NCBI GenBank assembly: GCA_965223545.1
Contig: OZ245006.1
Span: 4,384,001 to 4,448,000, forward strand
Direction of reading: 5' to 3'
Length of the DNA stretch: 64,000 nucleotides
Origin: Planctomycetota bacterium
GTDB taxonomy: Bacteria > Planctomycetota > UBA1135 > UBA2386
Positions 1 to 10,253 of this stretch are shown here, piece by piece. Position numbers and translations under genes: made by a program. Below the pieces are notes generated by a model that was not told where the DNA came from, searched no databases, and saw only the letters and a program-made list of their open reading frames with translations. Numbering within the stretch: position 1 is the first letter of the stretch; each line of letters begins with the position of its first letter.

Positions 1-674
1 AGCTGCGCGGCGACGTCGGCCAAACCCGTGTCCCCGCTGCGCAACATCGCACAGGCGCGCGCGATCCGCAGCTGTTGGTGGTAGCGCGTCAGGCTGACGC
101 CGAGGTGCCGGCGCGCGGCGCGTGCCAAGCGCGCGCCGGACACGCCCACTTCCGCCGCGAGGGTGGCAACGGACAACGGGTCGTCCAGCGCCGATTCGAG
201 CTGCTCCAGCACGGCGCGCAGCCACGGCGGCGGTGCGCTCGGGGTCGGCGCCGCGGTGGCGCGGGCCAGCTCGCCGAACAGCTGCAGCGCGAGCCCCTCG
301 GCGGCGAGCGCGGCACCCGGGTCGGTGCGCCGTAGCACGCCGGCCATGGCGAGGGCGATGCCCGGCAGCTCGCCCCCGCCGAAGCGGACGGCAGTGTCGA
401 TCGGTGCGCGGTCCCGCCACACGCGCGCGATCCAGGCCGGCGAGGCCTCCACGGTGATGGCCCACCCGCCGTGGCCGCCGAAGCAACCACCGTGCAGGCT
501 CTCGGGGGGCTGGTAGCGCGCGCTGCCCGCCGCCACCGGGTCACCGTCGCCCGGCCGATCGGCGTGCTCCCCGGCCAGCAAGACGCACAGCTGTCCCCCC
601 CGGTGCCGGTGCTCCCGCAGCAACCCCGGCGGAAACCGGATCTCCTCGACGCACAAGTCCCCAGTGCACAGCAT
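1..674 (-). CDS. AraC family transcriptional regulator (cupin + HTH), 3' end runs off the window
   Basis: Not in the ORF track. Manual translation from ATG 674: MLCTGDLCVEEIRFPPGLLREHRHRGGQLCVLLAG...PPWLRAVLEQLESALDDPLSVATLAAEVGVSGARLARAARRHLGVSLTRYHQQLRIARACAMLRSGDTGLADVAAQL, which is a cupin HxH motif followed by an AraC double HTH. Confidence 0.85.
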   Translation of the reverse strand, partial: MLCTGDLCVEEIRFPPGLLREHRHRGGQLCVLLAGEHADRPGDGDPVAAGSARYQPPESLHGGCFGGHGGWAITVEASPAWIARVWRDRAPIDTAVRFGGGELPGIALAMAGVLRRTDPGAALAAEGLALQLFGELARATAAPTPSAPPPWLRAVLEQLESALDDPLSVATLAAEVGVSGARLARAARRHLGVSLTRYHQQLRIARACAMLRSGDTGLADVAAQ

Positions 675-848
675 GGAACGTACGGTGTCAGACTCGATTT
701 TCTCGCCACAGCGGCGCCCGCAAGAGCCTACCCACTTCCGCGGATTTCGCGCCGCCCACCCAGGGCTTCCGCGACAACCAGGGGTCCGGCCCGTGCCCCC
801 GCGCGCCGGGGTCAGGCGGTATCCTCAAGTCGTCCGCCGCTGTTCGCC

Positions 849-3428
849 GTGCGCCCGCCACAATCGCTCTTTCCGCCGCTCGCCGCCGCGATGCTCGCCT
901 TCTCATCGGCATTGGCCGGTCAGGGGCCTTCGTTCGACGACCGCCGGCCGCGGCTTCCCGGTCGGGTCGGGCCGGGCGGTGGCGCGGTGCTCGCCGACCT
1001 CGACGGGGACCGGGATTTGGACCTGGCGCGGCTCACGCCGGCGGGGGTCGACGTGCTGCTGCAGCAGCCCTGGGGGGCGTTCGAACGCGCGCCAGGCGCG
1101 CCGCTCGGCTTGCGTCTTGCCGCCGGGTCGATCCCGGTGTCGATCGGGGCGGGAGCGCTGCGGCAGGGGGCGCCGGGCCCGGACCTGGTGGTCGGCGTGT
1201 CCGGCAGCGACAGTCTGTGGCTCCGCAACCTCGGCGGCGGGCAGTTCGCGCTGGCCCCGGCTTCGCCGTTTCCGCGGCCGGTCGGGTTCACGGGGGCGAC
1301 CGCGCAGGTCGTGATCGCCGACCTCGACGCGCGCGGCGGTGATGACGTGCTCGTACTGCACGACGGCGCGGCGCCGCAGCTGTTCGTCCAGCAACTCACC
1401 GGCGGCTTCGCGCAGGCGGCGGGTGCGTTCCCGGCGGCCCTGATCCCCCAGTCACCGCAGGTGGCCGCCGACGACTTCAATGGGGATGGCCGGCTGGACC
1501 TGGTCTTGATCCAGCGGGCGACGGTGCTGCCGCCGGTCCTGCTGTTGAATAACGCGCGCGGCGGCTTCACCCCGGACGCGCGGGCGTTCGCCGGCTGGCC
1601 CGCCGGTTACGCGGCCGGTCACGTCCGGGCTGGTGCGATCGACACCGACGGGGTGCCCGACGTGGTGTTCGCCGCCGCCGGCGGTGGCCGGCTGGTAGCG
1701 CTGCGCTTCGTGCGGACCACCGGAGCCTTCGCTTCGGGTCCGTCGGCGCAGTTCGCGGTGCCGGTGTTGGTCGATCTGCGCATCGGCGACTTCGATGGCG
1801 ACGGGGCGGGCGACCTCGTTATCCTCGAGCGCGGTGGTGCCGTGCTGCTGGCGCGCCAACGCGCCGGGGCGTGGCCGGCGACGCGGGCGGTGCTCAGCGC
1901 GGCACCGCGCCGCGCGCTGCTGGTCGACGACCTCGATCGCGACGGCGACGCCGACCTCTACGTGCACGGCGCCTCTACCGAAGACCGACTGCTGCTCGGC
2001 GACAACACCGGTGCCCTGCTCGATACCGAAGAGAACAGCGTGCCGCTCGGCACCCTGCCGGCCCCACAGTGTCTCGCCGTCGTCGATGGCAGCGGCGAGG
2101 GCGACCCCGATCTGGTCGGCTACCGGCGGGACGGCATCGCCCTGGCCTACCTCAACGACGGCGCGGCGCGGTTCCGGGTGACCGGCGGGATGTTGCCGGA
2201 CTTGCCGGGCGCGGTCGTGCGCGATGTCGTGCGCGCGCGGGTCAGCGGCGCGGCCGGTGGCGACTTGCTGCTGCTGTCGACCCCTCCCGGCGGCGGCTTG
2301 CTGACCGGCGTGCGCGTGCTCGCCAACACCGGGGCGGGGTTCCGCGACGAAACCGCGCTCCGCTGGCCGGCCCCGACGGCGCGGAGCTACGAGGAGATCG
2401 CGGTCGCCGAAGTGCAGCCGCGATCGGGAGGACAGAGCGGCGCGGACGATGTCGTCTTGCTCGACAGCGCTGGATTGCTGCATCGCTTCGTCAACACGCA
2501 AGGTACCTATTCCGAGCTCGCGAGCGCGTTCGCCGGCATGGTCCCGATCACCGGCGGCGTCGGCGTCTTGCTCGGCGATCTCAACAACGACGGGTGGACC
2601 GACGTCATCGTGCCGCGGCAGGCGGGGGCTCCCGCGGTCTTTCTGGGCAACGCGTTCGGCAGTCATCGCCCCGTGGCGCAGCCGATCGCCGGCACCTTCC
2701 CGGCGCGGTCGGCGGTGCTCGCCGATTTGGACGGTGACCGCCTCTTGGACCTCGCACTGTTGTCGCCACCCGCGCTCGGCCTGCTGTTCCTGCTGCGGGG
2801 GACCGGCAACGGCGCCTTCATCGACGTCTCGGCCCTGGGGCCCGCGCCCCTGCCGTTGCGGCCCAGCTGTCTCGCCCTGATCGCCGGCCGCGGCGCGACG
2901 CCGGACCTGGCCGTCGGCTCCGACACCGCGGTGGACCGTGTCTACCACCGCAGCTCCGGCCGCTGGGTGGCCGGGCCGCTGCCGCCGCGGGGCGCCGTCG
3001 GCACCGCGCGCTTGATCGCGGCCGATCTCGACCTCGACGGTGACGAAGACCTGCTCGGCCTGCGGGACGCGCACCATCCGCGGCTCTGGTTCCACCAACA
3101 GATGCAGCTCACCCAGCACGGTCCGACCCAGCTGGGCAGGCCGTTGCACCTCTCGCTCCGCGCCCCGACGCCTGGCGTCGGCATCTTTCTGCTGGGGGTG
3201 GGTGGGCGGTTGGCGCTGCCCGGCTACGGCATCCTGCGGCTCAGCCCGTTCGGCCTGGTCGAGCTCGCGCGCGCCCCGCTCGGGCCGACCGGCGAATTCG
3301 CGATCAGCGTGCCCACCTCGCCGGCGTTCCCCGCCACCACGATCGCATGCCAGGCCGTGTGGGCCGACCTGCTCGCCGGCCGCGCGCGGCTCGGCAACCT
3401 CGAGCAAGTGCGACTGGTGCGCTATTGA
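849..3428 (+). CDS. Secreted FG-GAP/VCBS repeat protein with shared C-terminal module
   Basis: Many DxDGDxxxDL repeats. Signal-peptide-like N-terminus from GTG 849 (or ATG 891); start estimated within ORF 471..3428. Confidence 0.85.
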   Translation: MRPPQSLFPPLAAAMLAFSSALAGQGPSFDDRRPRLPGRVGPGGGAVLADLDGDRDLDLARLTPAGVDVLLQQPWGAFERAPGAPLGLRLAAGSIPVSIGAGALRQGAPGPDLVVGVSGSDSLWLRNLGGGQFALAPASPFPRPVGFTGATAQVVIADLDARGGDDVLVLHDGAAPQLFVQQLTGGFAQAAGAFPAALIPQSPQVAADDFNGDGRLDLVLIQRATVLPPVLLLNNARGGFTPDARAFAGWPAGYAAGHVRAGAIDTDGVPDVVFAAAGGGRLVALRFVRTTGAFASGPSAQFAVPVLVDLRIGDFDGDGAGDLVILERGGAVLLARQRAGAWPATRAVLSAAPRRALLVDDLDRDGDADLYVHGASTEDRLLLGDNTGALLDTEENSVPLGTLPAPQCLAVVDGSGEGDPDLVGYRRDGIALAYLNDGAARFRVTGGMLPDLPGAVVRDVVRARVSGAAGGDLLLLSTPPGGGLLTGVRVLANTGAGFRDETALRWPAPTARSYEEIAVAEVQPRSGGQSGADDVVLLDSAGLLHRFVNTQGTYSELASAFAGMVPITGGVGVLLGDLNNDGWTDVIVPRQAGAPAVFLGNAFGSHRPVAQPIAGTFPARSAVLADLDGDRLLDLALLSPPALGLLFLLRGTGNGAFIDVSALGPAPLPLRPSCLALIAGRGATPDLAVGSDTAVDRVYHRSSGRWVAGPLPPRGAVGTARLIAADLDLDGDEDLLGLRDAHHPRLWFHQQMQLTQHGPTQLGRPLHLSLRAPTPGVGIFLLGVGGRLALPGYGILRLSPFGLVELARAPLGPTGEFAISVPTSPAFPATTIACQAVWADLLAGRARLGNLEQVRLVRY

Positions 3429-3466
3429 CGCGCTCAGCGCCCGCCGTCGAGTAGCGTAGCGCCGCG

Positions 3467-5389
3467 ATGGCCCTCCTGACGCTGCAAGACGTCGACTTGA
3501 CCTACGGCGACCGGCAGCTGTTGCGACAGTTGGCGCTGGTGGTGCAGCCGGGAGAGCGGGTCGGGCTGCTGGGGCCCAACGGCTGCGGCAAATCGACGTT
3601 GCTGGGCATCGCCGCCGGCGTGGTGCAGCCCGATGCCGGCCAGCGGACCACGCGCCGTGATCTGCGGATCGCACATCTGCCGCAGGAGCCCGCACTGGAT
3701 GCGCAGAGCACCGTCGGTGAAGCGGTCGTCGCCGGCTTGCAGGGGCGCAGCGACGTGCTGGCGGACTTGTCGCGGGTGCACGATGCGCTGGCGGCGGAGG
3801 ATCTCGAAGGCGCAGCGCTGCGGCGGCTGCTCGACCGGCAGCAAGCCCTCGACGAACGCCTGGAGCAGCTCGGCGGTCACGACGTGGAGCACCGGATCGA
3901 GGAAGTGGTCGGCGCGGTCGGGTTGCGCGACTCCGCCGCCCGCTGCGGAGACCTGTCCGGCGGTGAGCGGCGTCGCGTCGCGCTGGCGCGCGCGCTGCTG
4001 TCGCAGCCGGACCTGCTGCTGCTGGACGAGCCGACCAACCACCTCGACGCGGGGGTCACCGAGTGGCTCGAGGATTGGCTGGTCGACAGCCCGAGCGCGC
4101 TGGTGATGGTCACGCACGATCGCTACTTCCTCGACCGCGTCGTCCAGCGCATCGTCGAGCTCGATCGCGGTCGACTGTTCGACTACGAGGGCGGCTACGC
4201 CGAGTTCTTGCTGGCGCGCGCGGCGCGACTGGATCGCGAGCAAGCGCGCGAGGCGACGCGGCGCAATCTGCTGCGGCGCGAAGCCGAGTGGATGCGCCGC
4301 GGGCCGCCGGCGCGCACCACCAAGGCCAAGGCGCGCATCGGGCGGTACGAGGCCCTGCGCGCGGCCGCGCCCGAGGCCGACGATGCCGAGCTGGCTTTCC
4401 GCATTCCCGACGGCCCGCGGCTCGGTGACCGCGTGCTGGAAGTGCGCGGCCTGACCAAGTCGTTTGCCGATCGGCCCGTGCTGCGCGGGCTCGATCTCGA
4501 GCTCGGCCGCGGCGAGCGGCTGGGCATCGTCGGCCCGAACGGCGCCGGCAAGACGACCCTGCTGCGCTTGTGCGCCGGCGCGCTGCAACCCGACGAGGGC
4601 GCGGTTTCGATCGGTCCGACGGTCGTCTTCGCCGGCATCGACCAGGCGCGGTCGGGGCTGGATCCGGACAAGACCGTGCTGGAGGAGATCGCCGGCGCCA
4701 ACGACTACGTGACCGTCGGTGGGCGCGCGCTGCGGGTCGAGAGCTTTCTCGATTCGATGCTGTTCTCGGGCGCACTGATGCGGACGCGGGTCGGCAGTCT
4801 GTCCGGCGGCGAGCGCAACCGCGTGCAGCTGGCCAAGCTGCTGTCGGCAGGGGGCAACGTGCTCCTGCTCGACGAGCCGACCAACGACCTCGACCTGATG
4901 TCGCTGCGCGTCCTGGAGGAGGCGCTGGTCGCCTTCGCCGGAACGGTCCTGGTCGTCAGCCACGACCGCTACTTCCTCGATCGAGTGGCGACGCGGATCC
5001 TCCACCTGGACGGCAGCGGCGGTGTGCGGCACCACGCCGGCGCGCTGAGCGACCTGCTCGACCGCTTGCGCGCAGAGCACACGGCGCGGGCGGCGCGCCC
5101 CACCCCGCGCCCGCAGCGCGCGGCGCGGCAGTCTGCGGCGGGCGAGGTGCGCCGGCTCAGCACCCGCGAGCGCGAGGAGCTGGCGGCACTGCCCGACCGC
5201 ATTCAGCAACTCGAAGAGCGCGTCGCGGCGGTCGATCGGCGCCTCGAGGACCCGGCGCTGTACGCCGGCGGCACCAGCCCGGAGGTGGCGACGCTGCAGC
5301 AGCAACGCGACAGCGCGCAGACCGAACTCGAGGCCGCCTATGCCCGCTGGGCGGAGCTCGAGGAGGTGGCGGAGCAGGCCTCGAAGTAG
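3467..5389 (+). CDS. uup: ABC-F family ATP-binding protein (Uup-like)
   Basis: Two ABC cassettes (GPNGCGKS/LSGGE/LLLDEPTNHLD and GPNGAGKT/LSGGE/LLLDEPTNDLD), no TM domain, Uup-type C-terminal coiled coil (LSTREREEL...YARWAELE). Confidence 0.85.
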   Translation: MALLTLQDVDLTYGDRQLLRQLALVVQPGERVGLLGPNGCGKSTLLGIAAGVVQPDAGQRTTRRDLRIAHLPQEPALDAQSTVGEAVVAGLQGRSDVLADLSRVHDALAAEDLEGAALRRLLDRQQALDERLEQLGGHDVEHRIEEVVGAVGLRDSAARCGDLSGGERRRVALARALLSQPDLLLLDEPTNHLDAGVTEWLEDWLVDSPSALVMVTHDRYFLDRVVQRIVELDRGRLFDYEGGYAEFLLARAARLDREQAREATRRNLLRREAEWMRRGPPARTTKAKARIGRYEALRAAAPEADDAELAFRIPDGPRLGDRVLEVRGLTKSFADRPVLRGLDLELGRGERLGIVGPNGAGKTTLLRLCAGALQPDEGAVSIGPTVVFAGIDQARSGLDPDKTVLEEIAGANDYVTVGGRALRVESFLDSMLFSGALMRTRVGSLSGGERNRVQLAKLLSAGGNVLLLDEPTNDLDLMSLRVLEEALVAFAGTVLVVSHDRYFLDRVATRILHLDGSGGVRHHAGALSDLLDRLRAEHTARAARPTPRPQRAARQSAAGEVRRLSTREREELAALPDRIQQLEERVAAVDRRLEDPALYAGGTSPEVATLQQQRDSAQTELEAAYARWAELEEVAEQASK

Positions 5390-6468
5390 GCGGCCGCGGT
5401 CGCCGCCGCGGCGTCCTGCCAGCGAAAGCCGGCCGCTCGCTCGGGGCCGCGCGCGCGCAGCGCCGCGCACCGGGCGGGATCGCCCAGCAGCTGTTCCAAT
5501 GCCTCGGCGATCGCGGTGACGGAGAGCTCGGGAAGCTGCACCGCGGCGTCGCCCGTGACCTCGGGCAACGACCCGGCGCGGCTCACGATGGTGGGCACGC
5601 CGGCGGCGAGCGCATCGGCCACCGTGAACCCGAAGCCCTCGTACGCGGACGGGGAGACGAATGCAGCGGCGGTGGCGTAGAACGCCGCCAGGTCGTCGTC
5701 CGAGACTTCGCCCAGCCAGATGGCGGTGTCGTCGCGTTCGATCTCCGCCATCGCCCGTTCGGCAAGCCAGCCGCGCCGGCCGATCAGCACGCAGCGGTGC
5801 GGCAAGCCGCGGGCGCGCACCGCCCGCACCGCCGCCACCAGCAGGTCGACGTTCTTGCGCGCCTGCACCGTGCCGACGTGCAGCACGAACGGCGTTTTGA
5901 CGCCGTAGCGCGCACACACCGCGGCCGCTTGGGCGCGGTCGACCGCGGCCGGCGGGTCGATGCCGTGTAGCGCGACGTGGATCTTCTGCCTGGCCCGCGG
6001 GTAGATCTGCGCCAGGTCGTCGGCGGTGGCCTGCGACGGCACCACGATGCGCGCGGCGCGCCGCACGGCGTCGGCCGTCGCCCGCCGCAGGAACGCGCGC
6101 GACCAGCGGCCAAAGCTCTCCGGGCAGCGGTAGTAGGCCAAGTCGTGCACGGTCACCACCGCCGGCACGCGCAGGCCGAACGGCAGGGCGTTCTTGGTGT
6201 CGTGATAGAGGTCGCAGTCGAGGCGCGACAGCGCGCGCGGCAACGCCCACCACTGCCAGCGCAGGCGGTCGAGCCCGCCCCGCGAGGGCACTCGCAGGAC
6301 CTCGCAGCCGGCGACGCCGGCCTCGGCGTCGGTCACCACCGTGACCCGCAGGTCACCACGCTCGGCGAGCGCGGCGGCCAATCTGAGACCGTAGGTCGCG
6401 GGGCCGCCGGTCGTACCGCAGAGCACGCCGAGAGCGACGTGCAGCGGACGGTCGGCGGGGGCGGTCAC
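5338..6468 (-). CDS. Glycosyltransferase family 4
   Basis: TVHDL, GTVQARKN and PSAYEGFGFTVADALAAG motifs of GT-B/GT4. Confidence 0.9.
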   Translation of the reverse strand: MTAPADRPLHVALGVLCGTTGGPATYGLRLAAALAERGDLRVTVVTDAEAGVAGCEVLRVPSRGGLDRLRWQWWALPRALSRLDCDLYHDTKNALPFGLRVPAVVTVHDLAYYRCPESFGRWSRAFLRRATADAVRRAARIVVPSQATADDLAQIYPRARQKIHVALHGIDPPAAVDRAQAAAVCARYGVKTPFVLHVGTVQARKNVDLLVAAVRAVRARGLPHRCVLIGRRGWLAERAMAEIERDDTAIWLGEVSDDDLAAFYATAAAFVSPSAYEGFGFTVADALAAGVPTIVSRAGSLPEVTGDAAVQLPELSVTAIAEALEQLLGDPARCAALRARGPERAAGFRWQDAAAATAAAYFEACSATSSSSAQRA

Positions 6469-6540
6469 GAGTCGCTCAAGAGACGCCGCGCAGCGGGGAA
6501 ATGCAAGCGGAGCGCCGGCCGACCCGTGACCGATCGACCG

Positions 6541-8175
6541 TCAGAAGTCCATGCCGCCCATGTCGTCCATGTCTTCGCCGCCGCCCTTCTTCTTCTTTTC
6601 GGGGACGACCGACACCAACGCCTCGGTGGTCAGCAGCAGGGTCGCGACCGACGCCGCGTTTTGCAGGGCGGCGCAGGTGACCTTGGTGGGATCGATCACG
6701 CCCGCCTTGATCAGGTCGACGTACTCGTTGGTGGCCGCGTTGAAGCCGTAGCTGGTGGTCTTGTTGCTCTTGACCTCCTGCACGACGATCGAGCCCTCGA
6801 CGCCCGCGTTGCGCGCGATCTGGCGCAAAGGCGATTCGAGTGCGCGCCGCACGATGTCGGCGCCGATCTTCTCGTCGCCGTTGAGCGTCACCTTGTCGAT
6901 CGCGGCCTGCGCGCGCAGCAGGCCGACGCCGCCACCGGGGAGGATGCCCTCCTCGACCGCGGCTCGCGTCGCGTGCAACGCGTCCTCGACGCGCGCCTTC
7001 TTCTCTTTCATCTCGGCTTCGGTCGCCGCGCCGACCAGGATCTCGGCGACTCCGCCGGACAGCTTCGCCAGCCGCTCCTGCAGCTTCTCGCGGTCGTAGT
7101 CGGAGGTCGTGTTGTCGATCTCCGCCTTGATCTGGCCGATGCGGCCCTGCACGTCCTTCGTCTTGCCGGCGCCCTCGACGACGATGGTGTTGTCCTTCGA
7201 GACGACGACCTTCTTGGCGGTGCCGAGGTCGGCCGTGCTGATCGACTCCAGCGAGATGCCGAGGTCCTCGAAGATCGCCTTGCCGCCGGTGAGGACCGCG
7301 ATGTCCTCCATCATCGCCTTGCGGCGGTCACCGAAGCCGGGTGCCTTGACCGCGCAGCACTTGAAGACGCCGCGCAGCTTGTTGACCACCAGCGTCGCCA
7401 GGGCCTCGCCCTCGACGTCTTCGGCGATGATCAGCAACGGCTTGCCCGACTGCGCGATCTTCTCGAGCAGCGGCAGCATGTCCTTGATGTTGCTGATCTT
7501 CTTCTCGTGGACGAGGATCCACGGGTCCTCGAGGGTGCACTCCATCCGGTCGGTGTCGGTGACGAAGTGCGGCGACAAGAAGCCCTTGTCGAACTGCATG
7601 CCCTCGACCCACTGCACGGTGGTGTCGAGGCTCTTGCCCTCTTCGACCGTGATCACGCCGTCGTTGCCGACGCGCTCCATCGCGTCCGACAGGATCTTGC
7701 CGATCTCGTCGTCGTTGTTGGCGGCGATCGTGCCGACCTTGGTGATGTCGTCCTTGCCCTTGATCTTGGTCGAGCGCTTCTTCAGATCGGCGACCGTCGC
7801 CGCCACCGCCTTCTCGATGCCGCGCTTGATGCCCACCGGGTTGGCACCGGCGGTGACGTTGCGCAGACCTTCCTCGAAGATGGACTCGGCCAGAACGGTT
7901 GCCGTCGTGGTGCCGTCGCCAGCGATGTCGGAGGTCTTGGATGCGACCTCCTTCACCAGCTGGGCACCCATGTTCTCGTACTTGCCTTCGAGCTCGATCT
8001 CCTTCGCCACCGTGACGCCGTCCTTGGTCACGGTGGGGCTGCCGAACGACTTCTCTATGATGACATTGCGACCGCGCGGGCCGAGCGTGACCTTCACGGC
8101 GCGCGCCAGCTGGCGGACGCCGTCACGGATGCGCTCGCGCGCTTCTTGGTCATAAGCGATCTTCTTGACTGCCAT
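6541..8175 (-). CDS. groL: Chaperonin GroEL
   Basis: [36 protein letters not shown]-type tail. Confidence 0.99.
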   Translation of the reverse strand: MAVKKIAYDQEARERIRDGVRQLARAVKVTLGPRGRNVIIEKSFGSPTVTKDGVTVAKEIELEGKYENMGAQLVKEVASKTSDIAGDGTTTATVLAESIFEEGLRNVTAGANPVGIKRGIEKAVAATVADLKKRSTKIKGKDDITKVGTIAANNDDEIGKILSDAMERVGNDGVITVEEGKSLDTTVQWVEGMQFDKGFLSPHFVTDTDRMECTLEDPWILVHEKKISNIKDMLPLLEKIAQSGKPLLIIAEDVEGEALATLVVNKLRGVFKCCAVKAPGFGDRRKAMMEDIAVLTGGKAIFEDLGISLESISTADLGTAKKVVVSKDNTIVVEGAGKTKDVQGRIGQIKAEIDNTTSDYDREKLQERLAKLSGGVAEILVGAATEAEMKEKKARVEDALHATRAAVEEGILPGGGVGLLRAQAAIDKVTLNGDEKIGADIVRRALESPLRQIARNAGVEGSIVVQEVKSNKTTSYGFNAATNEYVDLIKAGVIDPTKVTCAALQNAASVATLLLTTEALVSVVPEKKKKGGGEDMDDMGGMDF

Positions 8176-8218
8176 GGAACTCTCTCGTTTCTGTGTTTTC
8201 TCTTAGTGCTTCGATCGC

Positions 8219-8524
8219 TCAGTCGATGACGGCCAAGACCTCGTCCTCGCTGAGGATGATGAACTCGTCGCCGTCGATCTTGACCTCGGAGCCGGCGTAG
8301 GACGAAAACAGCACGCGGTCCTTCGCCTTGACGGTCATCGGCGCGCGCTCGCCACTGTCGAGCAGCTTGCCGGAGCCGATCGCGATGACCGTGCCCTCGC
8401 GCGGTTTCTCCTTGGCGGAGTCGGGGAGAATGATGCCACCCTTGGTCTTGTCGTCGGCTTCGACGCGCCGCACGAGAATGCGGTCGCCGAGGGGGGTGAT
8501 CGTGGCCGTCTTGGTCTTGCCCAT
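8219..8524 (-). CDS. groS: Co-chaperonin GroES
   Basis: PLGDRILV...TKGGIILPDSAKEKP; ATG 8524 with upstream AGGAG; directly upstream of groL. Confidence 0.98.
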   Translation of the reverse strand: MGKTKTATITPLGDRILVRRVEADDKTKGGIILPDSAKEKPREGTVIAIGSGKLLDSGERAPMTVKAKDRVLFSSYAGSEVKIDGDEFIILSEDEVLAVID

Positions 8525-8608
8525 AGCTTGCGTTGGCTCCTGTGAATGGCCCCGGAAAGCGGGGCGCTTCGTCATACAAATGTGGTGGTGAACGGGGGGG
8601 GCCGCAGC

Positions 8609-9010
8609 TCAGACGGGGCCGCGGCCGGAAGGATTGTCGAAGTGGTGCCGGATCAGCTGATCCATCGCCTCGCGCAGATGACTCAGGTCCAGCGGCTTGT
8701 GCAGGAACTGGAACACGCCCGAGCTCAGTGCCGCGCTGGTCTCGGCCGGGGTGGCCTGGCCCGACATCATGATCGAGGGCAGCGGCCGGATCTCCTGGGC
8801 GATCGTGCGCAGCACGGTCAGGCCGTCCATGCCGGGCAGGTGCAGGTCGAGCAGACTGAAGTCGATCTGGGTGCGCCGCGCGAGCTGCACCGCGTCCGGC
8901 CCGGTGGCCGAGGTGTGCACCGCCCACCCCTGGGCGGCGAGCAGGTCGCGGAGACAGCGACGCAGGGGATCGTCGTCTTCGACCAGGAGCACTGAGAAGC
9001 GGCGCGACAT
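8609..9010 (-). CDS. Single-domain response regulator (receiver only)
   Basis: VLLVEDD...LLDLHLPGMDG...MMSG...FLHKP; start taken at ATG 9010. Confidence 0.9.
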   Translation of the reverse strand: MSRRFSVLLVEDDDPLRRCLRDLLAAQGWAVHTSATGPDAVQLARRTQIDFSLLDLHLPGMDGLTVLRTIAQEIRPLPSIMMSGQATPAETSAALSSGVFQFLHKPLDLSHLREAMDQLIRHHFDNPSGRGPV

Positions 9011-9046
9011 CGAGCGAGAACTGATGGAGACAGGAGCCTCGCGCGA

Positions 9047-9064
9047 ATGCAAGCGCTGTGCCGA
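9047..9064 (-). promoter_or_regulatory. sigma54 (-24/-12) promoter upstream of response regulator-groES-groEL
   Basis: Minus strand TCGGCACAGCGCTTGCAT, i.e. GG-N10-GC, close to consensus TGGCACG-N4-TTGC. Confidence 0.75.
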
Positions 9065-9106
9065 TTCGGAAAGGAGAATCGTAAGTAGCGCTCGAATAGA
9101 TGTTTG

Positions 9107-9186
9107 TGCCGATCTGCCTCCCCGATTCCAACGGTCCGGCTGCCAGCCTGGCAGCCCCTCCGGCGCGCCGCCCTGCCATCGTGTCA
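9107..9186. promoter_or_regulatory. Three putative activator sites, TGCCA-N3-TGGCA-like
   Basis: TGCCGatcTGCCT (9107-9119), TGCCAgccTGGCA (9141-9153, perfect inverted arms), TGCCAtcgTGTCA (9174-9186); spacing 34 and 33 bp; upstream of the sigma54 site. Confidence 0.55.
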
Positions 9187-9198
9187 CGCGGCCGCGGT

Positions 9199-9516
9199 TC
9201 AGTAGTCGCGCTCGTCCTCGTCGTCGTCGTCGGATTCGTCGTCGAAGTCGGTCTCGAACTCCTCGTCGAGATCCTCGTCCACCTCGTCGAACTCGTCGGG
9301 GTCGTCGCTCCAGTCGTCCTCGTCGTCCTCGTCGTCTTCGCCGGTGGCTTCTTCCTCCTCCTCTTCCTCCCAGGACGCGAGCACGCGGTCCCAATCTGCG
9401 ACCTCGATCGGTGCATTGCACACCAGGCAGATGCTGTCGTTGTCGCGCAACTCCTCGAGGTCGTCGGAGCCGCGATACACCTTGCGACACTCCGAACAGC
9501 GAACGACTTTACCCAT
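9199..9516 (-). CDS. Small zinc-ribbon protein with extremely acidic tail
   Basis: CSEC...CLVC followed by a tail with about 41 of the last 56 residues D/E; codon usage is gene-like. Confidence 0.8.
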   Translation of the reverse strand: MGKVVRCSECRKVYRGSDDLEELRDNDSICLVCNAPIEVADWDRVLASWEEEEEEEATGEDDEDDEDDWSDDPDEFDEVDEDLDEEFETDFDDESDDDDEDERDY

Positions 9517-9703
9517 GGTTCGATGGCTCCGTGGAGGAGGGTGGCGGGGAGGGAGAGGGGGCTTTCGCGGCGGCGATCGAGGCGGATGGACGCTGACCCG
9601 GTTGCACCCATAGCATTTGCGAGCCGGCGCGTGAAGGCCCTTGTGTGGCCGGTCTGGGGGTAGGAGCTTTGGGGGCGCCCCGCAACTTGCCGAAGAGAGG
9701 GGC

Positions 9704-10222
9704 GTGGGACGGAGTCAATACGCCATCCTGGGCATGGGCCTGGCCGCGATGCTGGTCCTGAGTGTCCTGATGAAGTACTTCCTCAACGCCGCCGGCGACC
9801 AGAAGCGTTCGCCGGTCGAGAAAGAGCTGGCCGCCACTTACGGCGATCATCTCGACTCTCCGTCGGAGCTGCGCTTGGTCGACGGCGACGGCGGCCCGCA
9901 GGCCGTGCTGACGATCCACCCGCTGCTGGAGGCGGGATCGGAGCGGTTGGCGCGGGAGATGGGAAACCTGATCTGGCGGCGCATCGGCACGACCCAGCGG
10001 CTGGCTTCGGTCGTCGTCCTCAGCCGGCCCTGGGCGTCGCGCAACGAGACGCGCGTCGACGTGCCGTGTCCGTTCGTGTCGGGCCCGCGCGGGCCGCAGG
10101 GCGGGGCTTCGCCGCCCCGGTCCGGCACTGCCCCCGCGCCGCGACAGGCGACGCCGAAACCGACCGCGAGCCCGGCTCAGCCGGTGAGCGCGGACCCCGC
10201 GAAGCCGCCGCGCAGCGGCTGA
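9704..10222 (+). CDS. Hypothetical membrane-anchored protein
   Basis: GTG 9704 after GAGAGGG; N-terminal hydrophobic helix; Pro-rich C-tail. Confidence 0.7.
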   Translation: MGRSQYAILGMGLAAMLVLSVLMKYFLNAAGDQKRSPVEKELAATYGDHLDSPSELRLVDGDGGPQAVLTIHPLLEAGSERLAREMGNLIWRRIGTTQRLASVVVLSRPWASRNETRVDVPCPFVSGPRGPQGGASPPRSGTAPAPRQATPKPTASPAQPVSADPAKPPRSG

Positions 10223-10253
10223 ACGGCGATGCGGCCGTCCGCCGCCGCGGCTC

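Noticed and set aside
5338..5389. 52-bp convergent overlap of the ABC-F and GT4 genes
   Set aside because: Common in GC-rich genomes; the GT4 tail is low-complexity run-on.
5977..8229. Long ORFs antisense to real genes (e.g. 5977..8229, 3434..6253, 10560..14792, 13417..18393, 27720..31436)
   Set aside because: Shadow ORFs expected in high-GC DNA; the opposite strand carries clear protein motifs.
8176..8608. CIRCE operator near groES/groEL
   Set aside because: No TTAGCACTC-N9-GAGTGCTAA seen; only a small GCCCCG/CGGGGC hairpin at 8549-8565 of unclear meaning.
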